From Chiloscyllium plagiosum (Eukaryota), in assembly GCF_004010195.1 (NCBI RefSeq), contig NC_057756.1:2202020-2265807 (forward strand): DNA of 63,788 nucleotides, read 5' to 3'. This document shows, one piece after another, positions 62,386 to 63,788 of this stretch. A program made the translations under genes and the position numbers. The notes beneath the pieces are model-generated. The model was not told the origin of the DNA. It did not search any database and was given only the letters and a program-made list of their open reading frames with translations. How positions within the stretch are numbered: position 1 is the stretch's first letter; every line of letters starts with the position of its first letter.

Positions 62386-63788
62386 TTAGTTGGTTAAATT
62401 AAGAGTGAGGGAAGTAGCTCTTAAGATTGCTAAATATGTTTTGGGCATTGAAGATGCTTTCTGTATTTGCGGAGGAAATTTAGAAAGACAGATAAAGGAC
62501 ATACTTTTAGAATTACAAAATAGGTTGGAAATGCGTTTAGTCAGGGACAAACGGAAAGCTGAAATTGTAATGAAGTTGATCGTTTGTGCATGCAGTGACT
62601 TTGGAAGTTTTGCAAACATGACGAAACTCAAATTGTAATAATTAGCAGAGAAGCTGGAATTCGAACTGCCTGTTTCAGTGAGGAAAAGAGAGATAATTAC
62701 GACAACAGTTCGGCATTTAAACTTGCGGGAGAAATATTTAGAGCCTATAGAGTTGGCAAGATTTCAATTTCAAATGAAATAGTGTGAGTTACAGGCGAAC
62801 GTTAAGGAAGGGGCAGCAGAAATGAAACTGTTTGAGTTACGATTAAATGCAAAACAGAGATAAAAAGAGAGAGCAACAGAACAGAGAGAAAAAGAAGAGA
62901 AGAGAAAAGGGAGCAGCAGAAGAGAGAGAAGCAGAGAGAGCAGCAGAAGAGAGGGAAAAGCAGAGCAGAGAAAGATAAAGAGAGCTTTTGAACATCAAAA
63001 GCTGACACTTAAAATGATCAGTCAGCATAAAAGGATGGAGTGAAGGCTGAGAGTTGGCTTAGTGAGGAAGAGTGTGATGAAAAGCAAACACCTGATAATC
63101 AGAAGCCCATCGAGAAACTGTTTAAGTATGTTCAAGCATTTCCTAAGTTTGATGAGAAGGGTGTGGAAGTTTTTTTTCATCTCGTTAAAAACGTTGGCTA
63201 GTAAAATGCAGTGGCCATTGGAAATGTGTGCTTTGATGATCCAAACTAAAGTTGTAGGTAGGGCGAGTGAAGTATTAACATCACTATCAAGGAGGTACCT
63301 GGGGACTATGAGGTGAAAACAAATATTCTAAATGCAAATGAGTTTGTAACAAAGGCCTTAAGACAACTTTTCAGGTATCTAAGGAGGGACGATCGTGAAA
63401 ACCTATATTGAGATTGAAAGGATCAAACACGGTAATGTCGAGAGATAAATGAGAGCTTTAAAAAAACCCTGCAAACTTATGATGCCCTAAGAGAGTTAAT
63501 AATTTGAAGGAATTCGAAAACTCACTGTCTGAAGTAAAGCAAATTCATAAGAAAGAGCACAGATTTAAAACAGCAAGGATGACAGCTGAAGTGACTTTTG
63601 ATTTTGAGCTGGTTTGTGAAACTCGGCTTGGCTTCCAGCTTCAATTTCAGTCCACAGGGCTAGAAACAGGGGCAAAGATAAATCCTCACATGGAAAGAGA
63701 AAGCTAGATCTTAGTGATGATTATAAGGATCGCTTACCACCGGTTTAAGAAAAAAAAATCCTTGAGGGGAACAAAGTTTAAAAAACGT
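62386..63788 (+). mobile_element. Gmr1-like Gypsy gag/SCAN-like region, runs off the window end
   Basis: ALKIAKYVLG, E/R/K-rich coiled coil, FFISLKTLASKMQWP..MIQTKVVGRASE, KEFENSL. Confidence 0.88.

Noticed and set aside
1..63788. CRISPR array or prokaryotic defence system
   Set aside because: No repeat-spacer array or operon-like ORFs; the content is vertebrate retroelements

Overview
Eukaryotic, repeat-rich vertebrate DNA. The repeat families point to a cartilaginous fish, probably a carpet/bamboo shark: HE1-type V-SINEs, CR1 LINEs with GACTCTAT-type tails, Penelope-like elements (PLEs), and Gypsy elements with a SCAN-like gag and integrase placed before RT. No intact host gene, rRNA, tRNA gene or CRISPR array is visible. 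The longest ORF (7884-8750) is a CR1 reverse-transcriptase fragment. Well over half the window is decayed CR1, Gmr1-like Gypsy, PLE and SINE sequence, often nested. The main hidden signal lies in the unique DNA between repeats. Manual translation through stops and frameshifts shows many decayed immunoglobulin-superfamily exons (leader, V-set, C-set, TM, 27-nt cytoplasmic exons) resembling CD8, B7/CD80, CD200/nectin and antigen-receptor-like V domains. This suggests a dead cluster of immune receptor genes. These calls rest on by-eye motif spacing and need profile searches. Also present: four fold-back PLE insertions (three with recognisable hammerhead cores on both arms), short PLE-end insertions with target-site duplications, and several local templated duplications. 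Repeat boundaries are approximate.
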